From: Macrostomum lignano | Taxonomy: Eukaryota | DNA: 64,000 nucleotides | Direction of reading: 5' to 3' | Assembly: GCA_002269645.1 (NCBI GenBank) | Contig: NIVC01003380.1 | Span: forward strand, 9,210-73,209 | Part shown: positions 61,057 to 64,000 of the stretch, piece by piece | Numbering within the stretch: position 1 is the stretch's first letter | Layout: each line of letters begins with the position of its first letter | Position numbers and translations under genes: made by a program | The notes under the pieces: model-generated | Seen by the model: the letters and a program-made list of their open reading frames with translations, nothing else | Databases searched by the model: none | Told to the model about the DNA's origin: nothing

Positions 61057-63339
61057 GTTTCGCTCTGGCCAGTGCCGGCTATCTGGACTACAGCATTCCG
61101 CTCAACATGACCAAGTACCTGAAGAGGGAGACGCACTTTGCACCGTGGTCGGCCGCTCTATCGAAGATTGGCTACCTCGCCCGATGCTGCAGTCACGGCC
61201 TTCTGAGTACGGACCACTGAATGCGTACATGCGAGATCTACTCGAGGGAGCCTTCAACGATGTCGGGCTTGAAAACAAAGACACGGACACCCACCTGACT
61301 AAGCTGAAACGAGAGCTTATCACTTCGTCGGCGTGCAAATACGGATTGGCGAGCTGCAAAAATGCCGAAGTTCAGAGAATACGTGAATTCCGGGTTTCGG
61401 TCGCTGATTAATCCTGATTTTAGACAAGCTGTTCTCTGCGAGGGGGCTGAAGGGAGTTCTCAGGAGGAGTGGCACTCACTTTTAATGTTCAGCAAGACCG
61501 TTTCTCACCTAGGCACTAAGATCGACATCATCCGAGGTCTTGCCTGCTCTAGCAAGCCATCGATTCTTGAGCGTTACCTCCAACATGCAGCTAATGACAG
61601 CCATTTTCGAATGCAGGAAATGGCCTTTGCGCTTGAAAGCATGGCCAAGAATCCTAATGGCTTGCAGATTTTCTGGAACCACTTGCAGAAGAATTGGACG
61701 AATGTAAACAGTAAAATTCCAAGTCCACTGATGCAGTCTGATGTCATAAGCTACCTGGGCATTTTCAGCGATTTGGAGCACTACACGGAGATCTTGGATT
61801 TCAAAAGGCAAAACAAGGAAAATCTGAAGAAGGTCGGTCGCGCGCTGGCTCAGTCTCTTGAGAAAGTGCTCATCAACGCCAAGTGGAGGATAGAGAGCCT
61901 ACCGAGGATCAAAGCCTGGTTCGCTGAGAACGGAGGAAGTCGAAAATAAAGTTTGCAGAATCGCAAAAATGTGAAGTGGATAGACTTTCTAAAAATTTAA
62001 AAATCTTAGCTGAAAGAAAATAAATATCGCTTGAAGTTAAGATTGAAGCAAATTATTGGCTTTGCAGTTAGTAAATTTTGACCTACTTGTCCTGCAATTC
62101 ACATCGGAATACACATCGGAATGGGCCGAATATTTTGGTTCGTATTGAATGATGCAGGATTTTTTAAATTAAAAATCAAAAGCGCAAAAAGGCAGGAATC
62201 ACTACTAGTTCTTGTAATTAGGTAGTAGTAAACAGAACGCACGCGACAAATTTTTTTGTTTTTTTATTTTTATTTTTCTTCAAGTTAACTGCTCGCAAGA
62301 CACTTTTATATAGTAAAATGTTAATTAGCAAGGTAGTGGGTTAGAATTAGAAGCACGCATAGGATAGAGAGGGACAACAGGCAGCCAATATATTCACTCA
62401 CTTTAAATATATTGGTACAAACAAATGCTTAAGGGTCTCAGGTTGGACAAGTAAACAACGATTAAAAATTAATAGATAAATAAACAATAAATTACTACTG
62501 GTGAACACTTAGATTAAAGCGAATAAAACCGACTCACACTACTGATCAGTAGGATATCGAGGGAAATAAAAAAATATTAAATAATCTTGCATTTTTATTA
62601 TTTATTTTTCATATCGGCAATTTGCATTTAGAATCCGCAACCGAGGAAACAAAATGAACACACCACCAAGATAATAATGTAAAGAAAATATAAAACTAAC
62701 TCTACTACTCAATAATAAAGTTTTTATTTTTTAAACAAAGCAAGCGAACAACAAGCTGAGGACACAATAATAAAAATTTTTGCCAACGAAAATTTCACAG
62801 CCTAAAATTAACAATATAATACAATATAAGGTGTGATTCTAATAAAACATTAACTGAAAGCAACCTATATACTATAAACATTTAGATTAAATTAACAGAG
62901 GACACTCTCAATCGCTAAAAAAACCCGGATAGACTACTAAGAGTAGAAAAAAAGTTTGACAATTAAAAAAGAGAAATAGAAAGATGCAAGCACAACAAAT
63001 ATATTTAAAAGTTAATATATAGGAAACAATGATGACAGCTATTTACAGGTTAAAGTGCATCAGAGTAGACAAAACAGAACGAATTCATTGTGTCTGGTTT
63101 TATGCAGTTGCTAAAGTTCCTGTTCTGTCATCGAATGCAAAACAAACTAACAGCCCTCAGAAGGGCCGTTTTAACATTACACTGACCACCAAGCAAAATT
63201 TACCCAACTTTTTTCATTTATAACAATCATTTTTTGCACTTCAAACTAGCATTAAAATATCATAATTGACCCTAAAAAGGGCCGTTTGAAAAAAAACCCA
63301 AAACCGGACAAAAACAGAATGCCAGACAACCACTTACGT

Positions 63340-63475
63340 CTAGTGAACGTCGGCACAACGTCGGAAACCAACGTCGATCGACGGTCAGATTTGTCGTTGG
63401 GCGAAACGTCGAAAATACGTCTGCTGCCGACGTCGGTTTTCGACCTTAGGTCGACTTATTTTAGACGTTCAAAAT
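63340..63475. repeat. Cluster of AACGTCG/CGACGT motifs, probably a DNA-transposon subterminal remnant
   Basis: Several ACGTCG motifs in both orientations within AT-rich DNA; no TIR pair found. Confidence 0.35.
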
Positions 63476-64000
63476 TTTTGGAATATATAGATTTTCAAAA
63501 TAGGAATGCTGCAATACTGCCTGCATTATTAAATTTGATTTCAAATTCATCGCATTTCTTAGTCAACAAAACAATTATAGAGTCATGGGTTGGTGCTATT
63601 TTTGTTGAAAACATTGTATAAAATGCAGTTGATTTAAATTATGTTGAAGAAGCCTTTAATTTACATTTATTTAGTTTAGTTAAGTACTCGTACACACAAG
63701 TTACTTATTGAAAGATGGGTGGGATAATAGAAAGATAGGATATTTTGAATTTAAATTAACTGTATTGAATTTCGCCAAACTAAATTTGAAAATTTCAACA
63801 AGACGCATTTACTACACTGGTTTAAACTTTAAGAATAGTTGAAGGATACACTAAACTTTGAAAGAAAATAAACATTAACAATGAGAACAATACAGTATTG
63901 TCAAGAGTAGCATAATGTTTAAAAGTTAAAACAAAAAATGATATAAAATTATTAAAATTTTAACATAAAAGTTATACATTGTATTAGATTTAAAGTGAGA

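Larger units (their letters stand above)
58194..61949 (+). pseudogene. Aminopeptidase N (M1 family)-like gene with signal peptide, disrupted in this sequence
   Basis: Signal peptide MKSPKQRLLTALALLLLLAEG; [40 protein letters not shown]|VAHMWFGNLVT...WLNEGFA, GFYRVNYD, and an ERAP1-like C-terminus. Lesions: TAG at 58323, A7 frameshift at 59175-59181, MITE, frameshift near 60507, solo LTR, frameshift near 61360. Confidence 0.92.

Overview
Eukaryotic, intron-containing DNA of which most is transposable elements. The codon style and repeat content suggest an invertebrate, possibly a free-living flatworm such as Macrostomum; this is inference only. All calls come from reading the sequence by eye and no database search was run. 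From left to right: an internally deleted Gypsy-type LTR element (1-2322); a nest of related CCATAG-TIR elements with 8-bp TSDs, one encoding an apparently intact spliced hAT-like transposase with a (QQQSSD)n tract (6990-13272); a 7-kb element with a perfect 9-bp TSD whose spliced DDE transposase ends in a Spindlin-like Tudor domain (14020-21045); a TAGGGATG hAT; RTE, Tc1/mariner and P-element (THAP) derivatives; a CMC/EnSpm-like element carrying a 58-bp tandem array; and a tRNA-SINE fused to an RNase H-bearing LINE. Host genes are three paralogs combining a PAN/apple-like domain with an ALK/LTK-type glycine-rich domain, and an aminopeptidase N (M1)-like gene with several lesions. That gene has a MITE inserted exactly in the HExxH codons, positioned so that it could be removed precisely as a GC-AG intron.
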